Part shown: piece by piece, positions 10,181-21,815 of the stretch | How positions within the stretch are numbered: position 1 is the first letter of the stretch | How the letters are laid out: each line of letters begins with the position of its first letter | Origin: an uncultured delta proteobacterium | GTDB lineage: Bacteria > Myxococcota > Kuafuiibacteriia > Kuafuiibacteriales > Kuafuiibacteriaceae | Assembly (NCBI GenBank): GCA_963803435.1 | Contig: CAWDML010000008.1 | Span: 96,001 to 160,000 of the forward strand | Length of the DNA: 64,000 nucleotides | Direction of reading: 5' to 3' | The notes under the pieces: generated by a model | What the model saw: only the letters and a program-made list of their open reading frames with translations | Told to the model about the DNA's origin: nothing | Database searches by the model: none | Translations under genes and position numbers: made by a program

Positions 10181-11216
10181 GTGGATCTCTCGCCGTTCGC
10201 CAATGAGCGGGTGACCGTCGCCGTTCCGGACGCGACCCGGCCGCTGGATCCGAAGGTGATCGAGCGCCTGATCGGCGGTCTCCTCGGCGTCGGGGCCGAG
10301 CCGACGATCGTGGTGGCTCTCGGGTTACACCGGCGGATGACCGAGGTCGAGCTGGGGCCGCTGGCGGCGATCGCGGGCCGCGCCGGGATCCCGCTCCTCC
10401 AGCACGACCCGCACGCGTCGCGGATCCTGAAGCGGCGATCCGATCATCGCCGTCGGTCTGGTGGAGCCGCACCAGTACGCCGGCTTCTCGGGCGGCGTGA
10501 AGACCGTCGTGATCGGCTGCGGCTCGGCGAAGACCATCGCCCGTCTTCACGGCCTCCCGTTCCTGCGTGATCCCGGGACGCGCATCGGGTGCATCGAGGG
10601 CAACCCGTTTCAAGCCGAGCTGCAGCGGCTGGCGGCACCGCTTCCGATCTGGGCGCTCCAGATTGTGCCGGGCGGCGGCGAGCACTTCGGGCCGGTCGGC
10701 GAGGCGTTCGCGCGTGCGGTCGCCGAGGCGTCCGAGCGATGCTTCGAGCCGGTCGACGCGCCGCTCGACTGGATGCACCTGATCGTGCCGCCTTCGAAGG
10801 CGCTCAGCTTCTATCAGGCCTCGCGGGCCGCCACGTACGTCGCGCTGGTGGATCGGTCCGCGATCCGGCAGGGCGGGCATGTGATGATGGAGGCGGCCTG
10901 TCCCGAGGGGCTGGGGCTCGGCGCGGGCGAGCTCGCTTTTGCGCGTGCGCTGGCCCGCGGGCGCGCCTCGCTCCTCGACGAGCTCGCCCGGGACGATCGC
11001 GAGATTGCGGGCGGCGAGCAGCGAGCGTATGTGCTGGCGCAGGCGCTCGAACGTGTGCGCATCACGGTCGTGGGCGCCCCGAGGATGCCCGAGCTGGAGC
11101 GCTTCGGGATCGAGCAGCGGGCGGTGGTGGGCACGCCGGCGGGACGCGGCGGTCTTTTCGAGGATCCGTTTCACCGCCTGCCGCGGCTGGGAGCGAAGGT
11201 CGGAGGACCAACGTGA
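10181..11216 (+). CDS. Lactate racemase (LarA/DUF2088)-like protein, frameshift near 10430
   Basis: Motifs PDATRP, LGLHR, EPHQYAGFSGGVK, FYQ and ACPEG across two frames. Confidence 0.75.
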
Positions 11217-13467
11217 AGTGGGTGTTGCGGTTGCTGCTGGTGCTGTTGGTCGCGGCGGGCGCCGCGGTCGGCTACGCGACCTGGGTCGTCGAGCGTCAGG
11301 GTCTCGAGCCGACCGAGGTCGCGTACGACGGCGCCGAGATCAAGCTCGACGCCCACGGCATCCCCACGATCGCCGCCCCCGATTGGGAGAAGGTGATCGA
11401 GGCGCAAGGCTTCATGCACGCGGCCAACCGGATGTTCCAGATGGACCTCTTCCGGCGCGCCGGCGCCGGGCGTCTCTCCGAGCTGTTCGGACCGGCCACC
11501 ATCGAGATCGATCGCCGGCACCGCGAAGAGGACTGGACCGGAGTCGCGGATCGCGCCGTCGAGTCGCTCGATCCGAACCAACGGATGCAGCTGGAGGCAT
11601 ACGCCCGCGGGGTCAACCGTTACATTCGAGAGAACGAAGGACGCTGGGGCATCGAGTATCTCCTCGTCGGCACCACTCCGGAGCCGTGGCTGGTCCGCGA
11701 CAGTCTGCTGGTCCTCCTCAACATGTGCGATCAGCTGGCCGTCGGCGCCGCGGCCGAGGCTGAGGCCGAGGTGTGGCGGGAGAAGCTCACGCCCGAGTGG
11801 TACGCGTTCATGTTCCCCCGGAACCACCCGTGGAACGTGCCGCTCTTCGGTGAGACCAGCACGACCGCGATTGTCGTCCCGGAAGAGAAGCTGCCGGCGC
11901 AGCCGATCGGGCCGGGCGAGCTGGCGATGGCGCGCCCGCTCGAGGAGGAGACGCTCGGCGCCAGCAACTCCTGGGGGTGGTGCGGGAAGACCGGCTGCTT
12001 CCTCGCGAACGATCCGCACCTGGGCGCGACCGTGCCGCACCTGTGGTACGCGGTGCGGCTGCGCATCTCGCCGAAGCACTGGGTCGTCGGCGTGTCGATC
12101 CCCGGGCTGCCCGGGGTGGTGCTCGGCATGAATCCGTACCTGGCGTGGGCGTTCACGAACGTCGGTGAGGACGTCGACGACTACCTCCTCGAGAAGGTCG
12201 AAGGCGACCGCTACCTGTCCGAGATTGTCGACGGCAAAGAGGTATGGAAGCCGATCGAGACGCACCCCTACGAGATCCGAGTCCGGGGCGGAGCACCGGT
12301 GACAGGGGTGGCGCGCTTCACCGAGCGAGGTCCGCTATCGGCGCGCCCGAACCTCGAGGGCCTGTACTCCCGGCAATGGCTCCCGCTGAAGAAGGGCATG
12401 CTCGGCTACGCGAGCCGCATGAACGAGGCGACCAGCTGGAAGGAGATGAACGAGGCGCTGGACGCGATGTCGGTCCCGGCTCAGAACGTGCTGATCATGG
12501 ATCGGCACGGCAACCTCGGCTACCGCGCCAGCGGCACCGGCGTGGTGCGTCGAGTGACCGGCCGCCGGCCGCAGCCCGCGCTCGAAGGACAGTGGGTCGG
12601 GTACCAGCCCCGGTCGACCCGCCCCCGGCTGCTCTATTACGTCACCGGCACGTCGACGCAGCCGCGATCGATTGCCACCGCCAATCAGCGGATCTCGGCG
12701 CGACCCGTTCGGCCAGCGCTGGACCGAGGACCTCCGGATCCACCGGATCCGCGAGATGCTCTCGGCGCGGGACGACTTCTCGCGCGCCGACATGAACGCG
12801 ATGCAGCTCGACACCCAGAGCGAGTACCACCGCCGCCTCATCCAGTGGATGGCGGCCCGCACGACGGTGCCCGAGCGCTGGAAGAGGTGGAAAGGCGAGG
12901 CCACCGCCGACGCCGATACGTTCACCGACGCCATCGAGGTCGAGCGCCTGTTCGAGCAGCTCCTGGTGAACCGCGTGCGCGCCCACTTCGGGGTTCCCGA
13001 CGACGTTCGCTACTCGGCGCGGCTCGACAGCGCCTGGGTGCTGACGGCGCTGGGCGCGAAGGGAGCGCTGGCAGCGTTCGGCCTCGACGAGACCGAGGTC
13101 GCCGAGTCGATCGTGGCGCGCGTGACCGGCGTGAAGCGGGCGCCGTATTTCATCGCCAACCGCTGGCAGGCGCAGCACCCGTTCGTGGGGCGCATCCCGC
13201 TGGTCGGCGACTTCTTTCGCGTGGACGAGCCGGAGCAAGCGGGCTGGCACGACGTGGTGCGCGTGGAGCAGCCGAAGTACGGCGCATCGACGCGGCTGGT
13301 GTGGGATCTCGTCCGACCCGATGAACAGCACCTGGTCGCTTCCCGTGGGGCAGTCAGGGCACGTACGGTCGTCGCACTACTCGGACTTCCAGTCGGACTG
13401 GTTCGACCATCGGCCGATGAAGGTGTTCGACGACAGCTTCGAGTGGTGGGTCAGTCCGGATCGATGA
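11213..13467 (+). CDS. Penicillin/AHL acylase-family Ntn hydrolase (frameshifts near 12700 and 13315)
   Basis: DAHGIPTI; AQGFMHAANRMFQMDLFRR; nucleophile motif GASNSW...ANDPHL; TANQR; C-terminal GQSGH..S.HYSD. Confidence 0.88.
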
Positions 13468-14771
13468 ACGTCACCACGTCGGGAGCGTCGCCCATCTCGA
13501 CCTGATGGATCGCGGTCATCACGACGCCCCCGCCCTCCGTCGCGATCATGCGCGTGATGCCGTTGGAGCCCAGCTGGAGCGGCTCGCAATAGCCGAGCGC
13601 CGGATTGTACTCGGTGACGAAGCCGTTGATCCCCCCGGAGAGAAAGCCGCGGCCGAACGGCGCCAGCGCTCGCACGACGGTGGATGACGGGGGATCATCG
13701 ATGACGCGCCAGCCGCCACCGTCGTCGTCGCGGATCCAGTGACGGCCGGCCAAGGTGCCGGCCACCGTACCCAGCGCGTCGACGTGCGTGATCGCGTTGA
13801 GGCCCGGCGCTCCCGCTCCACCCGCCACCGGCTCTTCGGTGAGGCTGCCGTGGTCGTACACGATCGCGGTGCTGTGTCGCGGCCCGATCATCACCGCCCG
13901 CGACGGTCCGAGCAGCGCCGCTCCGGGGGAGTCGTGCCCGCCGACCGGATCGTCGACCAGCACCTCCCAGGCGCCCGCCGCGAGGTGATCGATCACTCCG
14001 TTCCGGCTGACCGCGAACAGCTCGAGAGGCGCCGCGGTCGTCCCGGCGAGGTCGCCCGTGTCGCCGTCGCCGGATCGCGAGGCGGTGGTGCCGGCCGGTG
14101 CGAAGCCTGAGTCGAGCCGATAGGTGGCGAGCTCGCCGCCGGCACCGAGCAGCCAGACCGTATCGGTGGCGTCGGTGAAGGCGGCGACGTGCGGCGTGGT
14201 GGTCGGCGTGTCGATCGGCGACGCGGACTGGTGGGTGACCAGGAAGAAGCGGCCCGCCACCGAGCCGAACAGATAACGGTCACCTCCGAGCGGTGCCAGC
14301 ACGCGGCCCCCGGTCCCCGGCGTTCCCGAAAGCTCGACCGCAGTCACGGAGAACCGCGTGCAGGCGACGCTGGACGCCAGCCGGAGCGCAGCCACCGGCT
14401 CGGGCGGCGAGGCCAGCGGCGCCCAGGCTCCGAGGATTCCGCCCGCGAAGGCGGCCTCCAGGATCTCGGCCGCGGGAGGTAGCGGCGCGCCGCCCTCTTC
14501 GATGGCTTGCCATCCGGAGCGGAGGCCGAACTCGGCCAGCGGGCGATCGAGGTAGAGCGCGATCAGCGACGCGGTCCGAGAGCGGTGGAGGCGGAGGTTC
14601 GGGAAGCGCGGGGGCGGCGGCGTCGAGGTCGGCGCCGAAGACGCGGGGCGGATCCTCGGCCTCGACGACGACCAGGAGGAGCGAGGCGTGGTGACCTGCG
14701 GGGGCCGGCGGCTCGAGGGCCACGACCTGATGACAGGCAGCGACGATCGTGACGACGAAGAGCGCGCGCAC
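13451..14771 (-). CDS. Beta-propeller-like lipoprotein (frameshifted near 14400-14590)
   Basis: Lipobox VTIVAAC at a GTG start; repeated blade-like motifs (VWLLGAGG, GGWR, FLSGG). Confidence 0.5.
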
Positions 14772-14773
14772 GG

Positions 14774-15861
14774 CTAGACGAAGTGCGGCATGACCTGCTC
14801 GGCGAAGGTCCGGATCGACTCCATGATCAACTCGTGCGGCACCGTGCCCATCTGCATGACCAGGATCAGCTCGTCGACGCCGATCTCCACGAAGCGCTCG
14901 ATCGTTCTCGCGCGCACAGGCGGGATCGCCGACGATCGTGGCCATCTGCGATCCATCGGCGTTGCGCTGGGCCATGGCGTCCCCGAGCTCTTGCGCGGGC
15001 GAGGGACTCGCGGTGGCACGTCGAGCTCGCCGACCGGGCGATCACCTCCGAGGTAGTAGCGCGCCGAGCGCTCTCCAGGAAGAAGCGCGCGCCGCGAAAG
15101 CCGTGCACGCAAGCCTTGCGGTCGTCCGGGAGCACCAGCGTCGCCGGCGTGCACGCGAAGTGATCGTTCGACGGCGCGGCCGACCGGCGCGGCGTGCGCG
15201 ACCGCCTTGCGGTACTCGCGGACCTTCTCCTCCAGATAGTCGTCGGTTCCGAACGCGAAGTTGAGCGCGCCCAGCCCGAGCGCGCCCGACGTGCTCGGCG
15301 CGTGTCGGGCTTCGAGCAGGCGGCGAACATCGGCGGGTGCGGCTCCTGCACCGGCTTGGGGAGCACCTGCGTCGGAGGGATGTCGAAGAAGCGGCCCTTG
15401 TACTCGAAGACGTCCGAGCGCCCACATCTTGCGGGATCATCTCGAGCGCCTCGAGCCACTGATCGTGGAGCGTCGAGAGGTCGTTCTCGAAGGCGTGCTT
15501 GCTCCACCAGGGACGAGCTCTTGCCCGAGCCCCAGTTGACGCGCCCGCCGGAGAGGATGTCGAGCGCGGCGATGCGCTCCGCGATCGCGGATGGGGTGGT
15601 TGTAGCGGTGGGGGAGGCAGCGTGACGCCGTGGCCGATGCGGATGCGTCTTCGTCCGCGCCGCTACGAACGAGAGGAAGATCTCCGGCGCCGAGGAGTGC
15701 GAGTACTCGTAGAGGCCGTGGTGCTCGACCTCCCAGATGCAGTGATAGCCCAGCTCGATCGGCCAGCTCCGCCTGCTCCAGGCAGTCGCGGAAGAGCTGC
15801 CGCCTCCGTCTCGCGCGTCGGGTCGGGAGATCTGCATCTCGTAGAAGAGGGAGAATTTCAC
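14774..15861 (-). CDS. LLM-class (luciferase-like) flavin-dependent oxidoreductase, multiply frameshifted
   Basis: KFSLFYEMQ, WEVEHH..EYSHSSAPE, AERIAALDILSGGRV, PKPVQEPHPP and ESIRTFAEQVMPHF distributed over several frames. Confidence 0.8.
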
Positions 15862-17231
15862 AGGGCACCCCCGCGCTGGAACCATTGTGCGAACATCCGC
15901 GCGGCGCGACCGCGCATCCCCTCGGCGGTCTGGGCGTTGCGGAGACGCTGCGACATCGCGCCGATCACGAACGAGGCGGCGGTGTCGCCGTGCAGCTTCA
16001 CCTTCCCGGTGAGCTGCGCGGTCGAGTAGCTGGTCCGGCCGCTCAGGATGTCCTTGAAGAGCGCCGCCGGGAGCGTCGCCACCGAGGTCGGCGGTCGCGG
16101 GATACCGCGCCGGAACGTCAGCCCTCCGTCCTCGACGATGACCGTGATGTCGCCGCCTCCCTTGCCCGTGAGCTCCAGATGGATCCGCGAGCGCATCCCC
16201 ACCAGATCGTGCTGCTGTGAGCGATCCCGCTTCGCCATCGCCGACATCAGCCTCACCACCGCCGCGATCTTCGGATCGAGCCGACCGGGCGACGTCTCGA
16301 GATACCTCTCCATCACCGCCACCGACGTATCGCACGACGGAGACCAGCCCAGCTCGCGCCGCGCCTTCTCGCTGTCGATGATCATCGGGACCTCGCCGTT
16401 CTCGCGCCACGTCGGATCGACCGGCTCGCCGATCCCGAACCGCGCCAGCGCCTCGCCGACCACGGCGGCCGCCAGGAGCGCGGCGCGCGGCGGCTGGAAG
16501 GTCCGCAGCCCGGTGGCGGCGGCCAGCTCGCCCGCGCTCTTCGGATCGCGCGCGGCCAGGTTGAACGCGCCCCGCGCTCCCTGCGAGAGCGCGAGGACCG
16601 CGGCGGCGGCGACGTCCTCGTCCCAGACGATCGGCAGCTTCGCGTCGGAGGTGGCCGGGAAGAAGCCGCGATCGAGCGCGCGCCCGAGCAGCTTCGCGAG
16701 CGGATTCTGGAAGTGCGTGCCGATCAGGATCGCCGGACGGAGCCGCGCGATCGCGACTTCGGGGTGGGCCTGCTCCAACGTGTCGAGGTGCTCCTCCACC
16801 CGATACTTCGCCGCCGAGTACGGAAAGTCGGGCTGGTACACGCGCGGGGTGCTCTCGACGATCGGGATCGGATGGCCGGGCACCACGCCGTACTGGGCGA
16901 TCGAGGAGGCATAGACGATCCGCTTCACTCCCGCCTGCACGGCCGCCCGGAAGACGTTCTTGCTTCCCTCCACGTTGACCGCATCGAAGACCTCGCGGGG
17001 GACCTTCGTCGTCACGATGAACGCCAGGTGGATGAGCGCGTCGGCGCCGGCCAGGTGCTGCTCCAGATCCGGCGCGCGCACGTCGGCGATGATCGGCTCG
17101 AGCTTTCCGCTCACCACCAGCGGCGGCTGGAGATCGAGCGCCACGATACGCTTGAACGGGCGCCCGTCGATCAGGCGACGGAGCACCGCGGTGCCGAGCT
17201 GCCCGGACGCTCCCGTCACGACCACGCGCAT
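15858..17231 (-). CDS. Extended SDR (NAD-dependent epimerase/dehydratase) fused to an SCP2 sterol-carrier domain
   Basis: TGASGQLG, HLA, NVEG, ASS, YSAAK; C-terminal LTGKGGG...AQLTGKVKLHGD SCP2 pattern. Confidence 0.85.
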   Translation of the reverse strand: MRVVVTGASGQLGTAVLRRLIDGRPFKRIVALDLQPPLVVSGKLEPIIADVRAPDLEQHLAGADALIHLAFIVTTKVPREVFDAVNVEGSKNVFRAAVQAGVKRIVYASSIAQYGVVPGHPIPIVESTPRVYQPDFPYSAAKYRVEEHLDTLEQAHPEVAIARLRPAILIGTHFQNPLAKLLGRALDRGFFPATSDAKLPIVWDEDVAAAAVLALSQGARGAFNLAARDPKSAGELAAATGLRTFQPPRAALLAAAVVGEALARFGIGEPVDPTWRENGEVPMIIDSEKARRELGWSPSCDTSVAVMERYLETSPGRLDPKIAAVVRLMSAMAKRDRSQQHDLVGMRSRIHLELTGKGGGDITVIVEDGGLTFRRGIPRPPTSVATLPAALFKDILSGRTSYSTAQLTGKVKLHGDTAASFVIGAMSQRLRNAQTAEGMRGRAARMFAQWFQRGGAL

Positions 17232-17415
17232 CGCGGCACTAAAGCATGCCGTCTGCGGTCCCGGCGACCACCTGCGGACGTTGACCACGACCGCTCACAT
17301 TCGGTGGAGGGGGCGAGGTCCCAATACCTCCCCAAGGTTCCCTCGAGTCGCCATCCCGCCGTGAGGTCCTCCACGCGTATGCCGTGGAACACAGATTGCG
17401 GGTCGTCCCCAGGCG

Positions 17416-20317
17416 GTGGTTCGAGCAATCGCGATCTCGTGCGTCGTCACATGTGTGTGCGCGTGCGCAGAGCGACGCACGACCATCATCGCGGAGAAGG
17501 GCCGGCTGGAGGTCGAGTCGACGCAGGTCGACTTCGGCGAGGTCACGCTCGGGGACCGGCGGACCGCGACCGTGCGGTTGAAGAACACGGGCGGCGATCA
17601 GGTCGACCTCTGCCTGCCGCGTCTCTCGGACGAGGGCTGCACGGTGGCGAGCCGTCTCAATCCGGCGGACCAGCCCTTCGAGTGGCCGCTCCGTGACATG
17701 CGCTGGTCGCTCCTGCCTTCCGAGTCGCTCGAGTTCACGGTCGCGTTCGAGCCCGATCGCGCCGCGGACTTCGGATCGACCCTCCGGATCGGCCACAACG
17801 GCAGCAACGGGCCGGACCTCGGGATCTCGCTGACCGGTCGAGGTGTCACGCCGGCCGCGGTCTTCTCCGATACGACGATCGACTTCGGCCCGATCGCGCT
17901 CGGGACCACCGCCGTGCACACCGTGATGGTCGAGAACCGCACCGCGCCGCCCGCCTCGGTGATGCTCAACCTCTCCTTGGTGGGCACGTCGACGGCCTTC
18001 CAGCTGCCCACAAGCCCGACGATCAGCGTGCCGCCCGGCGTGCAGGTTCCGCTCGAGGTGCGCTTCTCGCCGCTCGGCGAGCGGGCGTTCCAGGCACAGG
18101 TGGCGATCGCGTATTGTCCGGGCTGCCTCCAATCGATCGACCTCATCGGGCGAGGGGTGGCTCCGCGCCTCGACGTCGAGCCGCGTGAGCTCACGTTCGC
18201 TGCGCACGACGATCGATCGCCTGCCACGCTGCCGCTCGAGATCAGGAGCACCGGCAGCGGTCCGCTCACCGTGCTCGGGTTCGAGGTCCGCGACGGACCG
18301 GCCGACGAGCTCGACGTGCTCGTCGACGCACTGCCGCTCGTGCTCATGCCGGGCGAGTCGGCGACGGTTCAGGTGGAGCACCGCGGACGCGTGCCCGGTG
18401 TCGACGTGGCCACCCTGGTGGTGCTGAGCGACGCCTGGCAACAGCCGGAGCTCCGCCTCCCGGTCCTGGCCGAGTCCACGGGCCCGAACGTGGAGGTGAT
18501 CCCGCGGGCGCTCGACTTCGGCGCGGTGCGGCCGAACGCCACCTCCCAGCGCACCGTGGTGGTGGAGAACACCGGCAACCGGCCCCTCACGCTCACCGGG
18601 ATCCAAATCTCCCCCGCCGGCAATCTGCGCGTGGCTCCGCCGGTCCTCCCGGCGGTGCTGGGGCCGGGCGAGCGGTTGATCCTGCCCGTCTCGTTCTCAC
18701 CGCTGGCCGCGGGCGCGGTCCAGGCGACGCTGGTGATCGCCTCCGACGACGCGGACGAAGGCGCGCTCCTGGTGCCGGTCGCCGGCGTGGGCGGAGAGCC
18801 GACCGGCTGCTCCATCTCGGCCGCACCGCCCGCCCTCGAATCTGGGACAGCGCGAGCGCGGCGTCACCTCGCTCCACCGCGTCGAGCTGCGCAATGTCGG
18901 GCCGGCGCGGTGCACGCTGTCCAGCCCGAGCGTCTCCGGAGATGCCGCCTTCTCGCTGGCCGCCGGGACGCCGAACCAGCTCCAGATCGAGCCCGGCGCC
19001 TCGGTCGCGCTCCCGTTCGAGGTCGCACCGGCCGCGTACGGCACGTTCCAGGCGGTGCTCCAGGTCGGCACCGACGATCCCACTCAGCCGACCGCGACGA
19101 TCCCGCTGGAAGCCTCGAGCGCCGCCGGCTCCGCCCGGGTCACGCCGCTCGCGATCGAGTTCGGTCGCGTTACGCCGTCCTGCCGATCGGGGCCGCGCAC
19201 GATCTCCATCCACTCCTTCGGACGTACGGCCGTCGTCGATGCGATCAGCCTCGACCCCACCTCTTCGAGCGAGTTCGAGCTGGGGACCGCGGCGCTGCCT
19301 GCGACGGTCGGTGCGAATCAGACGATGCAGGTGCCGATCCGCTACCGGCCGAGCGGGGAGGGCGAAGACTTCGGGATCCTCTCGGTCACCATCGACGGCG
19401 TCGCCCGCGCAGTGCCGCTCCACGGGACCGGGACCACCGTCAGCCCGATCGAGGTGCAGCTCGCGCAATCGCCCGCGTCGAAGACCGACGTCCTCTTCGT
19501 CGTCAACAACACCAACACCACCAGCGCCGAGCGCGATCGTCTCGGGCAGGCCATCCAGCCCTTCTTCTTGTACGCGCAGGCGCAGGGCATCGACTTCCGC
19601 GTCGCGATGATGTCGATGGAGTACAACGTCGGCGACCGCGGCCGCTTCCTGGCCGAGCCGCCGCAGCGCGAGAAGGTGATCACCCCGCAGTCGGTCGATC
19701 CCGTGGGGACGTTTCGCTCGAACCTCGACAACGGCGGAAACGGAAACACCGGCGGGTTCGAGGCGGCCTTCCTGGCGCTGTCGGATCCGCTGCTCAACAC
19801 CGACGACGCCGGCTTCCTCCGGCCCGAAGGCCTCCTGACCGTCATCTTCGTCTCGGACGAAGACGATCAATCGCAGGGAGACGTCGCGGCCTATCAGCGA
19901 CACCTCGCCACCTTGAAAGCGGCCCGCGGGGGACGATTCCAAGCGCTCGCGATCGCGGGGACGGATCCGAACGACTGCCAGTCGGCGTTCGGCGCCGCCG
20001 ACTACTCGCCGGCCTATCTCGCGCTCGCGGAAGAGACCGGCGGCATCTCTCAATCGTTCTGTCAGGACTGGAACCTCACCGTCCCCGCGATCGCACCGTA
20101 TGCGTTCGGCCGGACGCGCCGCTTCCCGATCGACGGCGCCCCGGTCTCCACCTCGATCGAGGTCCGCGTGGACAACGACGTCATCCCGCGGACGGACGCG
20201 CAAGGTAACTTGCAGTGGACGTACTCCGCGCAGAGCGGCGCCATCCTCTTCTCCGAGGAAGCCGCACCCGATTTCGGCGCACAGGTTCGGATCGCCTATG
20301 CGCTCGAGTGCCTGTGA
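17416..20317 (+). CDS. Large lipoprotein with tandem Ig-like (choice-of-anchor D/ASH) repeats and a C-terminal VWA-like domain; frameshift near 18840
   Basis: Repeated xDFGxV...xNxG...V.F.P modules; C-terminal DVLFVV...FLRPEG.LTVIFVSDEDDQS. Confidence 0.75.
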
Positions 20318-20325
20318 GGCGCACG

Positions 20326-21027
20326 GTGACAGCAGAACAACGTCCCAGCACCACCAGTCACCGCGCACGGCGCGGCCCCCCGCCCTCGCCGCGGCCCCAC
20401 GGGAGGTCGTTCGAGGCGGCGCAGATCCGCACGATCGATCCGCGGGCCAGGGGGAGCGTCATCCGACCGGCGCCCCTGCCGTTGCCCCGACCTCCTCGGT
20501 CACCGCCGCGGGATGCGACCAGCGCGAAGCTCCTGGTCGTGGCGTCGCTGATGAGCTTGGTCGTGATCGTGCTGTCGCTGGCGGTCCTGTGCCGGACCAC
20601 GGGCGTGGCGCTCCCGCCGGGCGTGCGCGCGAAGCTCGACGCGCTCTTGCCGCTGCCCGCCCCGCCGGGACGGGCGGTCGCAGCGAGCCCCGCGATCCCG
20701 GCGGTGCCGCCCCAGAAGGCGGTGACCCCGGCGGCTCCCGGCGCGCCGAAGGCCGACCTGATGCTCACGATCGACGTCGAGCCCCACGACGCGAACCTGG
20801 TGGTGCATCCTACGGACGAGGGCTTCCAGGTGAAGGTGGCGGCCAGCGGCTACCAGCCGGCCACGCGGACGGTGGGGAAGGGCGTGGCCGAGCGGATCGC
20901 GCTCAAGCTCGAGCGGGCGCCGAAGAAGGCGGCCAAGAAGAAGAAGCGCCACGGCCCGAAGCGACGCTCGGCGAAGGCAAATTCGTCCTCCGACCCAGAG
21001 GTGTTCCTGACGGGGAGCGATCTATGA
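20326..21027 (+). CDS. Pro-rich single-TM hypothetical protein
   Basis: TM LLVVASLMSLVVIVLSLAVL; PEGA-like fragment (VAASGYQP); stop overlaps the next start. Confidence 0.5.
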   Translation: MTAEQRPSTTSHRARRGPPPSPRPHGRSFEAAQIRTIDPRARGSVIRPAPLPLPRPPRSPPRDATSAKLLVVASLMSLVVIVLSLAVLCRTTGVALPPGVRAKLDALLPLPAPPGRAVAASPAIPAVPPQKAVTPAAPGAPKADLMLTIDVEPHDANLVVHPTDEGFQVKVAASGYQPATRTVGKGVAERIALKLERAPKKAAKKKKRHGPKRRSAKANSSSDPEVFLTGSDL

Positions 21028-21815
21028 GCGCGTGGGCGCTGCCAGTGGCGCTGGCGCTCCTCGCCGGAGCTGCGCCCATGAGCGAGTCGGACCGCAAGGC
21101 CGAAGCCGCGCGCCTGCTCGCCGACGGGAACCGTGCGTTCGCCAGCGGAGCCCACGAGGAGGCGCTGTCGGACTATCAGCAGGCGTACGACATGTTCGCG
21201 TCGCCGAAGCTCTACTACAGCCTGGCGCGGGCGCTGGACGAGCTCGGCCGGCGCGAGGAGGCCGCGCACTTCTACGAGCGGTTCCTGGTGGAGTCGGGCG
21301 TCGAGTACCGGTCCTCGCTATACGAGCGGGCCCACGAGAAGCTCCGCGCCGCCTCGGTCGGTCTGGGCAAGCTGCGCCTGGACGCGAGCGTTCCCGGCGC
21401 CGTGCTCTTCGTCGACGGTGTCGAGCGCGCCACGTTGCCGACGACGCCGATCTACCTCGCCGAGGGCCGGCACGCGCTCCACGCCGAGCGCGCCGGCTTC
21501 ACCCCGTTCGAGTCGAAGGTGAAGATCGACTCCGGACAGGTCACCTCGGTCACCGTCGACATGGTCCCGGTGCGGGTGGTCAAGGAGCCGCTTCCGAAGC
21601 CCGAGGTGTGTCCGGCCGAGCCGATCGAGATCGCGAAGGTGGCGCCGCCGCCCGAGGAGAGCTCGGTCCTGACGTCGTGGTGGTTCTGGAGTCTGATCGG
21701 CGTGGCCGCGGTGGCGGCGGTCGGGACAGGCGTGGGGCTGGCCATGCGCCACGATCCCGGCCCCCCCGAGCGCGAGCTCGGCGACGTGCCGCTGAGCGAC
21801 TGGGGTCGACCGTGA
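21024..21815 (+). CDS. TPR + PEGA domain protein
   Basis: Signal peptide; TPR-like ALSDYQQAY...LARALDELGRREEAAHFYERFL; PEGA (GAVLFVDG...EGRHAL..ER.GF); WWFW TM tail. Confidence 0.8.
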   Translation: MSAWALPVALALLAGAAPMSESDRKAEAARLLADGNRAFASGAHEEALSDYQQAYDMFASPKLYYSLARALDELGRREEAAHFYERFLVESGVEYRSSLYERAHEKLRAASVGLGKLRLDASVPGAVLFVDGVERATLPTTPIYLAEGRHALHAERAGFTPFESKVKIDSGQVTSVTVDMVPVRVVKEPLPKPEVCPAEPIEIAKVAPPPEESSVLTSWWFWSLIGVAAVAAVGTGVGLAMRHDPGPPERELGDVPLSDWGRP

